A program made the position numbers and the translations under genes. Shown piece after piece: positions 11,947-22,792 of a DNA stretch of 64,000 nt. The notes beneath the pieces were generated by a model that worked only from the letters and a program-made list of their open reading frames with translations, had not been told where the DNA came from and did no database searches. The stretch's first letter is position 1. Each line of letters opens with the position of its first letter. The stretch is from Candidatus Poribacteria bacterium (GTDB lineage: Bacteria; Poribacteria; WGA-4E; JAJDTR01). The stretch spans positions 416,001 through 480,000 of the forward strand of contig CBDCTK010000002.1 of NCBI GenBank assembly GCA_965222225.1. Reading direction: 5' to 3'.

Positions 11947-11951
11947 AGAGA

Positions 11952-13589
11952 TTGTTAATGACAAGTAAAAAAGCCTACCCAAATCTCGGGAACGAAACCA
12001 AGAAAAGCATCTACCGTGTGTCTGTCGGATACCATTGGCTACGGTATGTTCTGTGCATCTTGACGTGTTTGGGTAGCATGGCGTGCACTAAGCCACCATC
12101 GCCGCATTCTACGGCAGCCCTGCGCTCGCTCCTTCAACCTTGGAATGGAATTGGGACGTACGCGGGGTTTGACTCGGCAAGAGGATTGTTATATTTGGGG
12201 AATAGCCTGATAGAACGTCGCTTTCACTTGGATGGAGATGGTAGCGTGCCTCAGACAAGCCATTATTTCCACAAACCATCGGGACGGGACTATGTCTCGG
12301 TTTCGTGCGACGAATTCAAGTTTCGAGTTGGCGAAATCGCATTCACTGCGAACACAGATACCCTCAAATACAAGTCTCATAAGATTCGACAAAGCGTTGC
12401 GGAGTCGAAACATCTAACCGTTGAACTCGGATATTCGGAGACATCGAGGGAACCTATCTGTTCTGTCAAAATTCACTACGAAGTGTATCCGAATCTGCCG
12501 ATAATCCGAAAGTGGATTACCTTTGAGAATTTAACGGATTCGGCATTCTTTGTCGAGGATATTATTATTGAATCCTTATCCTTGCCTGTCGATAGCAAGG
12601 CACAGCCCCGAGTTTTTGGAAATCGTCCGGAATTGACAGTTGACCCGCAACCATTCATCGTTGTGTATGATACGGAAGACGATGGCGGCATCATAGTGGG
12701 AAATGAGGCTCCGGGGATACTTAAATATTACAATCTCCCGTCCGGTGATACCGAGATCGAGGTTGGTCTACTTCCGACACCTGCCATCAATGGGTTCGAG
12801 ATTCGTGTGCCGCCTAACGTAGTAATGTCGACTCCGAAAATCTGGACAATGTTATTTGAAGGCGATTATTCCACGGCTTCCGAAGCGCTCAAGCACGTTG
12901 TTGGACAACGGTTAGTATCCTTGAAGGAGGCAGCGGCTCAGGTGCCGTCTATCACTTGGGCAAAGATTCCCTCGGATGGAGAAATGCCTACCGGTGATTT
13001 CATCGCCGTGGATTATGACTGGAACGGAGACAATCTATCGGCTCTGCAGCGACTGGCAGAACAGGCCCATGAGGAAGGTAGAAAGTTTGGGATTCGCTTG
13101 CCAATCGCCGAGGTTGATGTCCGATTCTTGAACCAGAGTGCGTGGCGGTTGTCACCCATAGCAAGTTTCGGAAGCTTTGCTACGGAGAATAAGACAACCC
13201 AAAACTCTGGTATTCTTGATATGGAATCTCCAAACACAATCAGCGATGAAAAGGCTGTTTACTGTGTGCTGAGTGACTATGGCTACTATCTTTTGCATGC
13301 TGCACACGCCTTGCTAGAAGAGACAGAGGCACATCTCCTTGTCTTTGATGGTGCATTAATTGGTATGCCCGATAATGCCTTGAAGGGCTGCGGGGTACTT
13401 GGACACCAACATTTGAGTCGTAGGGAATCAATCAGCTTGATTTATCAGTGGTTGTTTGATTTCGCTGATTACCTACGTCAGCAATATCCTAATCTGCAAC
13501 TTGGAATTACCTCAACGGCTTTCGGCGTTGAGGCCCCGGATATGGCGGTTTTCAACCACTTCGATCTGTTCTTCCCTAAACGCGATTAA
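11952..13589 (+). CDS. Hypothetical protein, possibly a degenerate GH36/alpha-galactosidase-like fold
   Basis: Long ORF; YEVYPNLPIIRKWITFEN resembles the GH36 N-terminal domain; clear catalytic motifs not seen. Confidence 0.5.
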   Translation: MLMTSKKAYPNLGNETKKSIYRVSVGYHWLRYVLCILTCLGSMACTKPPSPHSTAALRSLLQPWNGIGTYAGFDSARGLLYLGNSLIERRFHLDGDGSVPQTSHYFHKPSGRDYVSVSCDEFKFRVGEIAFTANTDTLKYKSHKIRQSVAESKHLTVELGYSETSREPICSVKIHYEVYPNLPIIRKWITFENLTDSAFFVEDIIIESLSLPVDSKAQPRVFGNRPELTVDPQPFIVVYDTEDDGGIIVGNEAPGILKYYNLPSGDTEIEVGLLPTPAINGFEIRVPPNVVMSTPKIWTMLFEGDYSTASEALKHVVGQRLVSLKEAAAQVPSITWAKIPSDGEMPTGDFIAVDYDWNGDNLSALQRLAEQAHEEGRKFGIRLPIAEVDVRFLNQSAWRLSPIASFGSFATENKTTQNSGILDMESPNTISDEKAVYCVLSDYGYYLLHAAHALLEETEAHLLVFDGALIGMPDNALKGCGVLGHQHLSRRESISLIYQWLFDFADYLRQQYPNLQLGITSTAFGVEAPDMAVFNHFDLFFPKRD

Positions 13590-13723
13590 TCCGATATTGG
13601 TAATTAGTGTACTTAAAGCGCTTGAAAACCAACTCTCATTTCTGATACAATGGCAACGATTTAAGACAGTTATGTCTTTTTCGCTATGATATGTGAGAAA
13701 CCGATTTAACCTTAGGAGACAAG

Positions 13724-14890
13724 ATGCAAATCGCCAACCGATTAGGGAAAATCCCGCCTTATCTGTTCATGGAATTACGGAACAAAATCAACAAAGCAAA
13801 AGCCGATGGGATTGATGTGATTAGCCTCGCTGTGGGCGATCCGGTGGATCCGACACCGCAGCCGGTGATTGATGAACTTAGCCGAACCGCGGCAGATCCT
13901 GAGAATCATCGCTACCCTACGGACGAAGAGAAAGGAATGCTGGCATTTCGCCAGGCAGTGGCTGATTGGTACGCGGCAAGATACAACGTTCACGTCGATC
14001 CGGAAGATGAAGTTTTAGGCCTAATCGGATCCAAAGAGGGATGCCACCATTTTGTTTTGGCAGTTGTGAATCCAGGCGAAACGGTGCTAATGACAGATCC
14101 GGGGTATCCTGCATACCGCGCAAGCATATTAATGGCAGAAGGTGAAACTTACAATGTGCCCATTACTGCTGAAAACAACTTTCTGCCCGAATTGGAAAAT
14201 ATTCCATCAGATGTCGCCAAGCGGGCAAGCGCGATGTTCTTGAACTATCCCAATAACCCTACTGGGGCTACCGCAACACCGGAGTTTTTTGCGGACGTTG
14301 TTGCGTTTGCCGAGACATACGACATTGCGATTTGTCACGACAATCCTTACAGCGAAGTCGTTTTTGACGGTCTTAAACAGTTGAGTTTTCTATCGACTCC
14401 CGGCGCGAAAGATGTCGGTGTGGAACTTAATTCACTATCCAAACCATTCAATATGACCGGTTGGCGGATTGGTATGGCGCTGGGAAACTCCGATCTCATT
14501 GGAGGCATGGCACAGGTCAAAGAAAACACCGATTCTGGAATTTTCAACGCGATTCAATATGCGGGAATCGTTGCCTTGACCCAATGTCAGGGTAATATCG
14601 GCAAGATGTTAGAAGTATATTCGCGCCGACGTCAACGGATCCTAGACACGTTTGGACGGCTAAACTGGGGCGATTATACTCCCCCAAAAGGCACGTTTTA
14701 CCTCTGGATGCCTACGCCAAATGGAATGAGTTCCATTGAGTTTGCGACGCAGATTTTCGAGGAGGCAGCAGTCGTAATCACTGCGGGATCGGCGTATGGT
14801 GATTACGGTGAGGGATATTTTCGTGTAGCGTTAACGGTTCCCGATGACCGATTGGAGGAAGCCCTGGGCCGAATAAAGAACGTTCTCTAG
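13724..14890 (+). CDS. dapL: LL-diaminopimelate aminotransferase (class I/II PLP enzyme)
   Basis: IPPYLF, GSKEG, LNYPNNPTG, SLSKPFNMTGWRIG, KENTDSGIFNAIQ. Confidence 0.8.
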   Translation: MQIANRLGKIPPYLFMELRNKINKAKADGIDVISLAVGDPVDPTPQPVIDELSRTAADPENHRYPTDEEKGMLAFRQAVADWYAARYNVHVDPEDEVLGLIGSKEGCHHFVLAVVNPGETVLMTDPGYPAYRASILMAEGETYNVPITAENNFLPELENIPSDVAKRASAMFLNYPNNPTGATATPEFFADVVAFAETYDIAICHDNPYSEVVFDGLKQLSFLSTPGAKDVGVELNSLSKPFNMTGWRIGMALGNSDLIGGMAQVKENTDSGIFNAIQYAGIVALTQCQGNIGKMLEVYSRRRQRILDTFGRLNWGDYTPPKGTFYLWMPTPNGMSSIEFATQIFEEAAVVITAGSAYGDYGEGYFRVALTVPDDRLEEALGRIKNVL

Positions 14891-15327
14891 ACTAGATGAA
14901 TCTGCGCAGTGCTGGAATGCGATGGTACGCTCACAACGGATTCGGACAAGATTGTGCCATTGCATTCCTGCGGAGTGTAACGGGTCAATTCCGATGACGT
15001 TGAAGATCCAATTGACTTTCTTTTTCCCTTGCGTTACCAATCAAACGATAAACGTATATCAATCTGCCACGCCAAGTTTTTTCTCGACGATGCTCCATAC
15101 GTTCTTCTCGTTCCATGGTAGATAAATGCGGACAGACAGCCACCGAATGGAGATTGAGCGTATCGGTAACTTTACGTGCCGACATGCCATTTCGTCGCTT
15201 TAGGAGCGTGATGATTTCTCCCCCTGTATCACTGTTAACATATCCAATCCACCTCTTCTAGATTAATCATGGGATTATGGCGGATTTAGCAGAGAAATTA
15301 CAAGTCAACAATTTTTAAGGTACTTAC

Positions 15328-15356
15328 TTGACAAAACATAAAAAAGATGTTACTAT
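15328..15356 (+). promoter_or_regulatory. sigma-70 promoter of the sigma factor gene
   Basis: TTGACA-17 bp-TACTAT; RBS GGAGG before ATG 15428. Confidence 0.75.
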
Positions 15357-15427
15357 TCGCAAAGGACCTTTATGGAATGTATTAATGAGAAAAGTAGCAC
15401 GATTCTAGTGGGAGGAAAGAGAGGCAA

Positions 15428-16408
15428 ATGGAACCGGAGGAAGTAGTTGAGGCTAAGGACGAAATACTCAAAGGCGAAATTCTGGACGATGAAATTCCTG
15501 AATCCGAGGATAACATAGAATATCTACTCAGGGAAGAGGTCAATTTCAAACCTGTTCAAACGGATGCTTTGAGTAGCTGGCTGCGTCAGGTCGCGCACCA
15601 TTCTCTTCTGTCACGTGAAGAGGAGATTGCGCTTGCAAAGCGTATTGAGAATGGAGACGAGTCGGCGTGCGAAGAGTTGGTTCAAGCGAATATGCGTCTA
15701 GTTGTTTCGGTGGCTTCAAAATATCAGGGGCGAAATGTTCCTCTTGAAGATCTGATCCAGGAGGGAAACATCGGTGTTATGCGTGCCGCGAAGAAATTCG
15801 ACTATCGCAGAGGCTTTAAGTTCAGCACGTATGCAATTTGGTGGATTAAGCAGGCAATTCGGCGGACACTTGATAACTGTTCGCGGTCTATTCGTCTGCC
15901 ATCTTACATCGTTGCCAAAGTCAATAGATTTGACTCAACTTATGCCCGACTTTGTCAGGAGCTGCAGCGAGAGCCAAAGATTGGGGAACTGGCAGAAGCG
16001 CTGGAATTAACGGAAGCTCAAGTGAAGGAAATTTTGACGTTAAATGCCAATACCATCTCAATGGAAACTCCGCTGAGCGATGAAAAGGCTGCAGCAACGC
16101 TTGGCGACTTGGTTGAAGACACGTCCGAAAATCCGGGAGCGGGACCTATTGCGGATATGATTGAGCAGAATTTGGTCAATCAGCTTCTCAGTAAGCTTAG
16201 CACGAGAGAGCAGCAGGTACTTAGTATGCGATACGGCCTTGAAGGCGGCAACGAAAAAACGCTACGCGAAATCGGAGAAAAGCTGAATGTGACACGTGAA
16301 CGTATCCGTCAGTTGGAAATTGAAGCTATTCATCGGCTGAGACGATTCTACGATGAGATGGGCGAATTTCGTCATCCCATGCAAGACACGCGACAACCAG
16401 CGGCTTAG
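15428..16408 (+). CDS. RNA polymerase sigma-70 factor, RpoD/RpoS-like (no region 1.1)
   Basis: ANMRLVVSVA, DLIQEGNIG, FKFSTYAIWWIKQ, TLREIG...VTRERIRQLE. Confidence 0.95.
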   Translation: MEPEEVVEAKDEILKGEILDDEIPESEDNIEYLLREEVNFKPVQTDALSSWLRQVAHHSLLSREEEIALAKRIENGDESACEELVQANMRLVVSVASKYQGRNVPLEDLIQEGNIGVMRAAKKFDYRRGFKFSTYAIWWIKQAIRRTLDNCSRSIRLPSYIVAKVNRFDSTYARLCQELQREPKIGELAEALELTEAQVKEILTLNANTISMETPLSDEKAAATLGDLVEDTSENPGAGPIADMIEQNLVNQLLSKLSTREQQVLSMRYGLEGGNEKTLREIGEKLNVTRERIRQLEIEAIHRLRRFYDEMGEFRHPMQDTRQPAA

Positions 16409-16743
16409 TCGTGTCTCACTATTTTACCCGCGTACAAACCGCCTGCGCTCGGAGTAATATCCGAAAGATGGAAATCCAACGCGGTTGCGAGTCGGCAAAG
16501 TGGGCGATTCGGTCTGTTTTACTACCGATTAAGTTTGAGTATTTGAGTTTGGAATTGCACAATTCTGACGACATGCAATCGGGTTTGCGTTGCACCAAAC
16601 CACACGGAGCCGCCGAAATGCCCGGCTCGCAAATTGTTTTCTCCATTGATAGGTCACTAAGACATGAGGGCTTGAATGTTCACTGAGGTGAGGCTTACTA
16701 ATGAAAGGGGATTGCTGCTTTCTTTTTTGAAGGTGGCGCTACA

Positions 16744-17373
16744 ATGAAAAATCTACTCAACAAGCTACACGCAAAATCCAGGTCAGACGAACAAGAGCCA
16801 CTCCTCACGGTAACCGAGGCAGCGAAGGGAAAAATTGTGTCGATTATAGAGGACGAGGAAGTGCAAGTACAGGGACTGCGTGTTAGCATACAAGGACGCA
16901 CGGCATCTGCATTTGAATATGGCTTAGGGCTTGAAACTGAGCCTGAATCAGACGACCTCGTGGTGGATGGGAAAGCATTCAAAGTCTTTGTGGATCCCAA
17001 GAGTGCCGAGGACTTGAAGGGGGCAACAATCGACTATGTGGAAGACCTCAATTCAAGCGGATTCCGAATTGATAATCCAAACACGCCAACTTGGGATAAC
17101 TCGAAGGCGCAAGCGATTCAAGCGCTCATTGACGATCGTATTAATCCTTCTGTCGCTGCACACGGGGGGCACATAGACCTCTTGGATGTCACTGATGACT
17201 CAATTTACGTCCACATGGGCGGGGGATGTCAAGGGTGCGGAATGGCGAGTGTTACCTTAAAACACGGAATCGAAGCTATGGTTAAAGAGTCGTTCCCCGA
17301 AATAAAAAACATTATTGACTCAACCGACCACGCCTCTGGGACGAATCCTTACTACCAACCCGCAAAAGGGTAA
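16744..17373 (+). CDS. nfuA: Fe/S biogenesis protein NfuA
   Basis: Degenerate A-type carrier N-domain plus NifU domain INPSVAAHGG...GGCQGC; DHASGTNPYY. Confidence 0.9.
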   Translation: MKNLLNKLHAKSRSDEQEPLLTVTEAAKGKIVSIIEDEEVQVQGLRVSIQGRTASAFEYGLGLETEPESDDLVVDGKAFKVFVDPKSAEDLKGATIDYVEDLNSSGFRIDNPNTPTWDNSKAQAIQALIDDRINPSVAAHGGHIDLLDVTDDSIYVHMGGGCQGCGMASVTLKHGIEAMVKESFPEIKNIIDSTDHASGTNPYYQPAKG

Positions 17374-17449
17374 TCGTTTCCTAGACCCATCGTATCCTTG
17401 GTAAATGGGCACAAGGAGCATGTTGTTCTCAAGTATTTTTCCCTCTTAA

Positions 17450-17706
17450 GAACTTGTTTGAAAAGCCTTCCTTTCCCAACGAAAGCGACGTCAATCTGCA
17501 ATTTCAATTGTTCTGGATGGCAACTACAGTTTCATACCATCCTTGCGATGGCATTAATGTCGAAACGGCTGGGAAGCCAGTCATAACAAGAGTTTTCTCT
17601 CCTTTTTGTCTCTATTGAAAACTCCGATTTAATATGAAAAGTATGAAATTGGCCAAAACTGGCAATTGACGTTTTCAAGTCGCATTTTGGGTTTTCAAAC
17701 AAGATT
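17450..17706. mobile_element. Putative MITE with CTTGTTTGAAAA/TTTTCAAACAAG inverted ends, flanked by TTAA
   Basis: 12-bp perfect IR (17453-17464, 17692-17703); TTAA at 17446 and 17707; similar ends at 43921 and 52475. Confidence 0.55.
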
Positions 17707-17787
17707 TTAAAATTTCCTGCGTTCCAATCTTTTTTGCGACCCACTTGGACTCAACATCATCTACAACCTAAGGTCAGGGTGACAAGG

Positions 17788-18798
17788 CTATTCAAACTCG
17801 TAGGGTACCGTCTCCGCTTGGTGCGTTTTGGAGGATTTCTCGGCGAGCTCCAAGATAGCCACGACACGCCGCGCGGATTCGGCAGTTGTAATGAGTTGTT
17901 CACCGGTGTTGAGATGCGCGACGATGTTCTCATAGAAGCTAGGACCGGGGCGGCCTCTGAACTCCACAATCTTTTCTTCGGTTCCTACCTCGGTTTCCGA
18001 GAGCACCCTGAAGTGTGCGGCTTCAGAGACAATTGAGCCGTGGGAGCCGAGCAATTTCCATCGAGGTTCCTCAACCTTCGCTATGCACGACATCTGAACA
18101 TTGGCAACCGAGTCGTTGGCAAAGCGAATAATCGCCTGAACATGATCTTCGTTTGAAATGTCTTTCCATACCAAATTTGGCTGGAAGAATCCCGTAATAT
18201 TGACCATTTTTTCTTCGATTATATGAAGTAACCAGTCAACGTAATGCGCTCCCCAATCATAGAAGTTCCCGCCGGAAATCGCCTTCACACTGCGCCACCA
18301 GTTCGGATTGGGACTTCCGTACCCGGCGCTCCACATTTCAACGCTAAATACCTGACCGATTACGCCGCTTCGGACCAAGTCACGCAATGTCCAGAAATCT
18401 GCGTCCCAGCGACGGTTATGGTGGACTGATAACATTAAGCCGTTCTCCTTGGCTGTGTTAATCATTTCGGTTGCCTCGGCGATTGTGATACACATAGGCT
18501 TTTCGACGACGACGTGCTTTCCCGCTCTTAAACACTCCAGTGTTACTGAACAGTGCAGGTTATGAGGCAGAACATTTACGATTAAATTTACCGCTTCATC
18601 TGTCAAGAGATTCTCAACCGCGTTGTAAGTTCTGATGTCGGGAAAGTCCTTTTTTGCCGCTTGAGTTCGCTCTTTATCAACATCGCATATAGCGACGCAC
18701 TCAATCCCCTCTGTCTCCTGCATCATAACCGCGTGTGCACGCCCCATGTTGAACGCCGCGCCGTAGCCAATTACCGCGCCCCGTATCATATCTTCCAT
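17788..18798 (-). CDS. Gfo/Idh/MocA oxidoreductase
   Basis: AVIGYG, GKHVVVEKP, NRRWD, DWGAHYVD. Confidence 0.93.
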   Translation of the reverse strand: MEDMIRGAVIGYGAAFNMGRAHAVMMQETEGIECVAICDVDKERTQAAKKDFPDIRTYNAVENLLTDEAVNLIVNVLPHNLHCSVTLECLRAGKHVVVEKPMCITIAEATEMINTAKENGLMLSVHHNRRWDADFWTLRDLVRSGVIGQVFSVEMWSAGYGSPNPNWWRSVKAISGGNFYDWGAHYVDWLLHIIEEKMVNITGFFQPNLVWKDISNEDHVQAIIRFANDSVANVQMSCIAKVEEPRWKLLGSHGSIVSEAAHFRVLSETEVGTEEKIVEFRGRPGPSFYENIVAHLNTGEQLITTAESARRVVAILELAEKSSKTHQAETVPYEFE

Positions 18799-18965
18799 TC
18801 GCGTAGAACTCCTTAATTCAGATTCTGACTTGTGAAGATTCTTTGTTCATGCTATGCTGTACCATCAGCGTTTGTATCAAACTATATTATCATGGCATCT
18901 ACGAGTTGTCAACGGTACCCGATGGGAACGGAATCCATCTATTCTTGTTAAGTGAAGGTGAAAAA

Positions 18966-19466
18966 ATGCAAATAATCGATCTGCTGATTCGGTGGTTGCA
19001 TGTGACCTCTGCAGTTGTCTGGATTGGCGGAAATCTAATACTCGCGATGGTAATCGTGCCCTATTTCAAAAAATCGGTTGCACCGGTGGAAAGAATCAAG
19101 ATACTGACTCGAATCGGCAAACAATTTCAGCCAATTGTCTGGGGGTGCGTCATAATTCTCATTTTTTCCGGTCTATTTAACGTATTTCGTGCAATCGGTG
19201 GAGATCCTGAGGCGATAGGACAGTTCATGAGAACACTTGGCATTAAGCTGATTTTATTTATCATCCTGATTATCCTCACGGGAATCCACAGTTTCATCAT
19301 GGGCCCAAGGCTGGGACATGCCATTGAGGCTCTTGGTCCGGATGTCGAGGAACTCCCTGAAGAGATTGATAAAATACGACGTAGTATGGCAATTGTATCA
19401 AGCTTAATGGGCTTCGTTTCTCTTCTCGTATTGCTGGCGGCGGTTGCGCTACGGATGGGAATTTAG
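18966..19466 (+). CDS. CopD/DUF4149-like membrane protein
   Basis: RWLHVTSAVVWIGG motif, 4 TM segments; start reassigned to ATG 18966 after AAGGTG. Confidence 0.7.
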   Translation: MQIIDLLIRWLHVTSAVVWIGGNLILAMVIVPYFKKSVAPVERIKILTRIGKQFQPIVWGCVIILIFSGLFNVFRAIGGDPEAIGQFMRTLGIKLILFIILIILTGIHSFIMGPRLGHAIEALGPDVEELPEEIDKIRRSMAIVSSLMGFVSLLVLLAAVALRMGI

Positions 19467-19517
19467 AGGGGTTGGATGGTTTGCGGATGTGAAAGACAAA
19501 AGCTTGAGGATGTCCGT

Positions 19518-19928
19518 TCAAATCTCCTTGAACACTCGTCCGAGAGATTCACCACTGACATGAAGTGAGAATTCGTGCAGGTAACCGAACGGCGTCATCT
19601 GAGTTGTAAATCCGACAGTCTGCAGGCGTTTTTGTGCATCAACTAGAATCTGTTGCGCAAACTCGGGTGAGGCGCTACTTGCGGAAAGGTGGGAAAAAGA
19701 ATGAAGCACCACGTTTTTACTGCCGAACTTCCCGGCAATCCATTTTATGTTCTTGACCATCTTGGTTAGAATTTTACTCGATTGCTTCTCATCTTCAGCT
19801 TCAGCATGGATGAAAACCACCACGGCTTCTTTAACCCTTTCGTCACGGTCTAGTTCCCCAACGGAGTCGAGCACCCTGTGGGTCGTCCGGAACCAGAATT
19901 CATGGGCATAGAACATCAGCAGTTTCAA
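19518..19928 (-). CDS. Free-standing archaeal-type threonyl-tRNA synthetase editing domain
   Basis: MKLLMF, VVLHSFSHLS, TPFGY, GESLGRVFKEI match the archaeal ThrRS editing-domain pattern. Confidence 0.85.
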   Translation of the reverse strand: MKLLMFYAHEFWFRTTHRVLDSVGELDRDERVKEAVVVFIHAEAEDEKQSSKILTKMVKNIKWIAGKFGSKNVVLHSFSHLSASSASPEFAQQILVDAQKRLQTVGFTTQMTPFGYLHEFSLHVSGESLGRVFKEI

Positions 19929-20865
19929 GGTTATGGTCCAATCGAAGTTCAGTTTCCAAGACCTTCAGAGCGTCTTGCCAATAATCAACAGCATAAGCCT
20001 TGACCTCATCCGATAATGAGGCAAGATCGAGGTAGTGTTTAATCCAATTAATAAGACGAATGCAGGTATCGCCTTTTATCTGTCCGCTTTCTGAATCATA
20101 CGCAATGTCGCGGAGATTCTTCAAATCGCGGCTATCAAAATGGAAATCTATCTCATGATACAAAACTAGGTTTACCATCAGAGCAATTGTAATTTCCCGT
20201 GCGGTGTCTCCATCCGAGTTAACTCGGTATTCAGCGTCAAGAACCTTCTGAAGCGGGAGTGACTGAATATAGGCTAACCGATTGTCAATAGTATTGAGCT
20301 GTTGTCTAACAATTGCTAAATCTGTGAGGTTGGTTATTGGGCGTGAGGTGGTAACGTCGCGGAGCATAACCTGCGGGGAATCGATAGCTAGTTTATGGTC
20401 GTTAATTGCGTCAAGGAAATGACGCTCCCATTCATTGTACAAAGGTATGTCTTCAATATCATTCTGGGTTAGCGCCGAGGATTTGGGAGAAACCAGGACG
20501 GCATTCTCAAGTGTATCATGGCAGCGATCGATGAGTTCACTGATAAGCGTATTTCCAATCTGAAAGAATTTAACGACCCGGTTATTCTTCAGTAATCGAA
20601 CCGACCTATCCAAATCGCCGTGACTCCCATACTCTAAGCCTAAATTGACCAACACAAAGGCCTCTTGAACCTGTTGACGTAGTTGTGGTAGCGAGGCAAC
20701 ATCTTCTGTTTTTACGGTGATTAGCTTGTGTGATAGCGTTGCAATTTCTTGCCGAATTGCCTCCTCCTTGGAACAGGAAAGTTTCCCCGTTTCGTCTCCA
20801 CGAACAAGCGTCCGAGACAGAAACAAGCGCCGATCATGTTGCACCGGGACATCAATCTCGAACAT
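19900..20865 (-). CDS. DUF6178-like protein, C-terminal half
   Basis: VNLGLEYGSHGDLDRSVRLLK...FFQIG motif. Confidence 0.55.
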   Translation of the reverse strand: MFEIDVPVQHDRRLFLSRTLVRGDETGKLSCSKEEAIRQEIATLSHKLITVKTEDVASLPQLRQQVQEAFVLVNLGLEYGSHGDLDRSVRLLKNNRVVKFFQIGNTLISELIDRCHDTLENAVLVSPKSSALTQNDIEDIPLYNEWERHFLDAINDHKLAIDSPQVMLRDVTTSRPITNLTDLAIVRQQLNTIDNRLAYIQSLPLQKVLDAEYRVNSDGDTAREITIALMVNLVLYHEIDFHFDSRDLKNLRDIAYDSESGQIKGDTCIRLINWIKHYLDLASLSDEVKAYAVDYWQDALKVLETELRLDHNLETADVLCP

Positions 20866-20868
20866 AGT

Positions 20869-21711
20869 CTAGTGCGTCCTTTTTGTTGTCTTCCCCGCAT
20901 CGCCGTTTTCAGACACATCCACTTCCTCTTCAAGATCAAGATTGCCAAGATCAACCTTCTCCAGAATATCCTCTTCCGTAATTTCGATACCTGCGACTTG
21001 ATCTCGACTTCGTACTCGTTCATCACGTTCATCTTTGGCGCGCGTAAGCGAGGCTGAAAGTTCCTCATCTGCTGAGACGTATTTATCTAAGGCGAATAAC
21101 TCATAGAGCACACGGGTAAAAAGATGTTCATCCGTTACCCAGATGGTGTCCAAGATTTCCCGAGCGCGCTCGTCGGCATACTCAATTTCAGCCGATGAGG
21201 GGTCGACCACTCCACTTTCAATCATTAGTGCGCCGAAATCGGTTTTGAGTTCGATTCGGTCCTGAAGTAGAACGGCGAGAATTGCGACATCAATGTGGGT
21301 TAAAAGGTTGCTGATTTCATCGGGATCGCAGTTCGATAACTCAAAAAGCCAAAGATCGACCTCTCGCTTGTTGACCGCGCCGTTGCGCCACACAGACAGG
21401 TCAATCACCTCTTCAAACTGTTCGGCTGACAGACACGGCAATAGAGCTGACGCTAAACCGGTACCCAACATTGTGTTCAACACTTGCAACACCTGTTCTG
21501 TCGGGCTTTGCTGGATTAGCTCGGTGCAGTCGGGGACAAGGTAATATAGTTTTTCCCGTTCCTTTGGATGTGGAGTTGAAAGAATAATCTCTAGTTGCCG
21601 TTCCGTTGGATGGCTCTGGAACAACGCTTCGGCTTCCGCAAGCGGCATTTCAAGTAATGATTGAACTTCCAAATGTCGATTAGCAAGTTTTGCAGTGCTC
21701 ACTCTGACCAT
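20869..21711 (-). CDS. DUF6178-like protein, N-terminal half
   Basis: LSAEQFEEVIDLSVWR...DLWL motif; acidic tail; RBS GGAGG. Confidence 0.55.
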   Translation of the reverse strand: MVRVSTAKLANRHLEVQSLLEMPLAEAEALFQSHPTERQLEIILSTPHPKEREKLYYLVPDCTELIQQSPTEQVLQVLNTMLGTGLASALLPCLSAEQFEEVIDLSVWRNGAVNKREVDLWLFELSNCDPDEISNLLTHIDVAILAVLLQDRIELKTDFGALMIESGVVDPSSAEIEYADERAREILDTIWVTDEHLFTRVLYELFALDKYVSADEELSASLTRAKDERDERVRSRDQVAGIEITEEDILEKVDLGNLDLEEEVDVSENGDAGKTTKRTH

Positions 21712-21730
21712 TCCTCCAATATCTCACTTA

Positions 21731-22792
21731 TCATTTCGCCGGGTGAATCTTCTGAATGGCATCCACCAATTTCTCCGATCCAAATCTAACGACATCAGTT
21801 GCAGGTAACCCCGTTTGTTCCTCCACAGCTTTAATAGCCTTCAACGCTTCCATCTCAGTTAAGTCAAAACAGTTGAGGGCAATCCCAATCACTTTCGCTG
21901 GTTTAATCGGCTTCGCGAGCATCTCGTATTGTTGAATCAGATCGCCAATTGGGGGTATGGGTACAGTGTATCGGGAAACAATTTTTCGCGATGGTTGGTG
22001 ACAAAAGATCATTGCGTCTGGCATTGACCCGTGTAAAAGACTCAACGTTACTCCAGAGTAGCCGGGATGAACGAGTGAGCCTTGGCCCTCCACAATTAAC
22101 ACATCATGGTTCTCAGCGCCATCAAGGACGATGCGCTCCGCCGCTCCAGCCGTAAAGTCGGAAACAACGGCATCAATGGCGATACCCCAACCCCAAACCA
22201 TAATCCCATTTTGGCCGGTAGGACAGAATTCGGCATTCAATCCCGCCTTTTGTAAGGCATTTGTAATCTCAATTCCAGCCAACATCTTTCCAACGCGGCA
22301 ATCCGCCCCTACCGTCAATACGACGGTTGCGTCAACATCAGCCGCTTTACATGTGGCGACAGGCAATCCCGAAGGCGGCTTGCGCGCATCCCAGAGCACG
22401 ACGTTGTGACGTTTCGCACGTTCGGCGAGTTCGGCGTCTTCGCTCAGAAATTGGTGGAGTCCGCTCACAACGTGCATTTTGTGGTCAATCGCTTCGCACA
22501 ACACATCTCTCCATGCTTGAGGCAATTTTCCTCCCGGAGGGGAGATACCGATTGCCAACATTGTTGGTTGGAATTTCAAGGCTTCCGACAGGTTGGCGAC
22601 TACAGGGATTCCTTCGCCAATTTCAAGCACTTCACTTACATCTTTTCCGGCGTTTTCGCTGTCAATAACCGCGACGACGTTTTCAATCAGGTAACGAACC
22701 AACACAGTCGCAGTTTTGGATTCGAGAATGCCGAATGACCCTTCGGCAAGGATTACAATTCTTTGCGCTCTTGGTTGTACGCGCGTATCCAT
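21731..22792 (-). CDS. DUF1611 family P-loop protein (DgcN-like)
   Basis: KTA, SGLHQFL, VGADCRVGK, TGQNG, VEGQGSLVHPGYSGV. Confidence 0.88.
   Translation of the reverse strand: MDTRVQPRAQRIVILAEGSFGILESKTATVLVRYLIENVVAVIDSENAGKDVSEVLEIGEGIPVVANLSEALKFQPTMLAIGISPPGGKLPQAWRDVLCEAIDHKMHVVSGLHQFLSEDAELAERAKRHNVVLWDARKPPSGLPVATCKAADVDATVVLTVGADCRVGKMLAGIEITNALQKAGLNAEFCPTGQNGIMVWGWGIAIDAVVSDFTAGAAERIVLDGAENHDVLIVEGQGSLVHPGYSGVTLSLLHGSMPDAMIFCHQPSRKIVSRYTVPIPPIGDLIQQYEMLAKPIKPAKVIGIALNCFDLTEMEALKAIKAVEEQTGLPATDVVRFGSEKLVDAIQKIHPAK

Noticed and set aside
14890-15300. Short ORFs or ncRNA between dapL and the sigma factor
   Set aside because: No recognisable motif, RBS or convincing structure.
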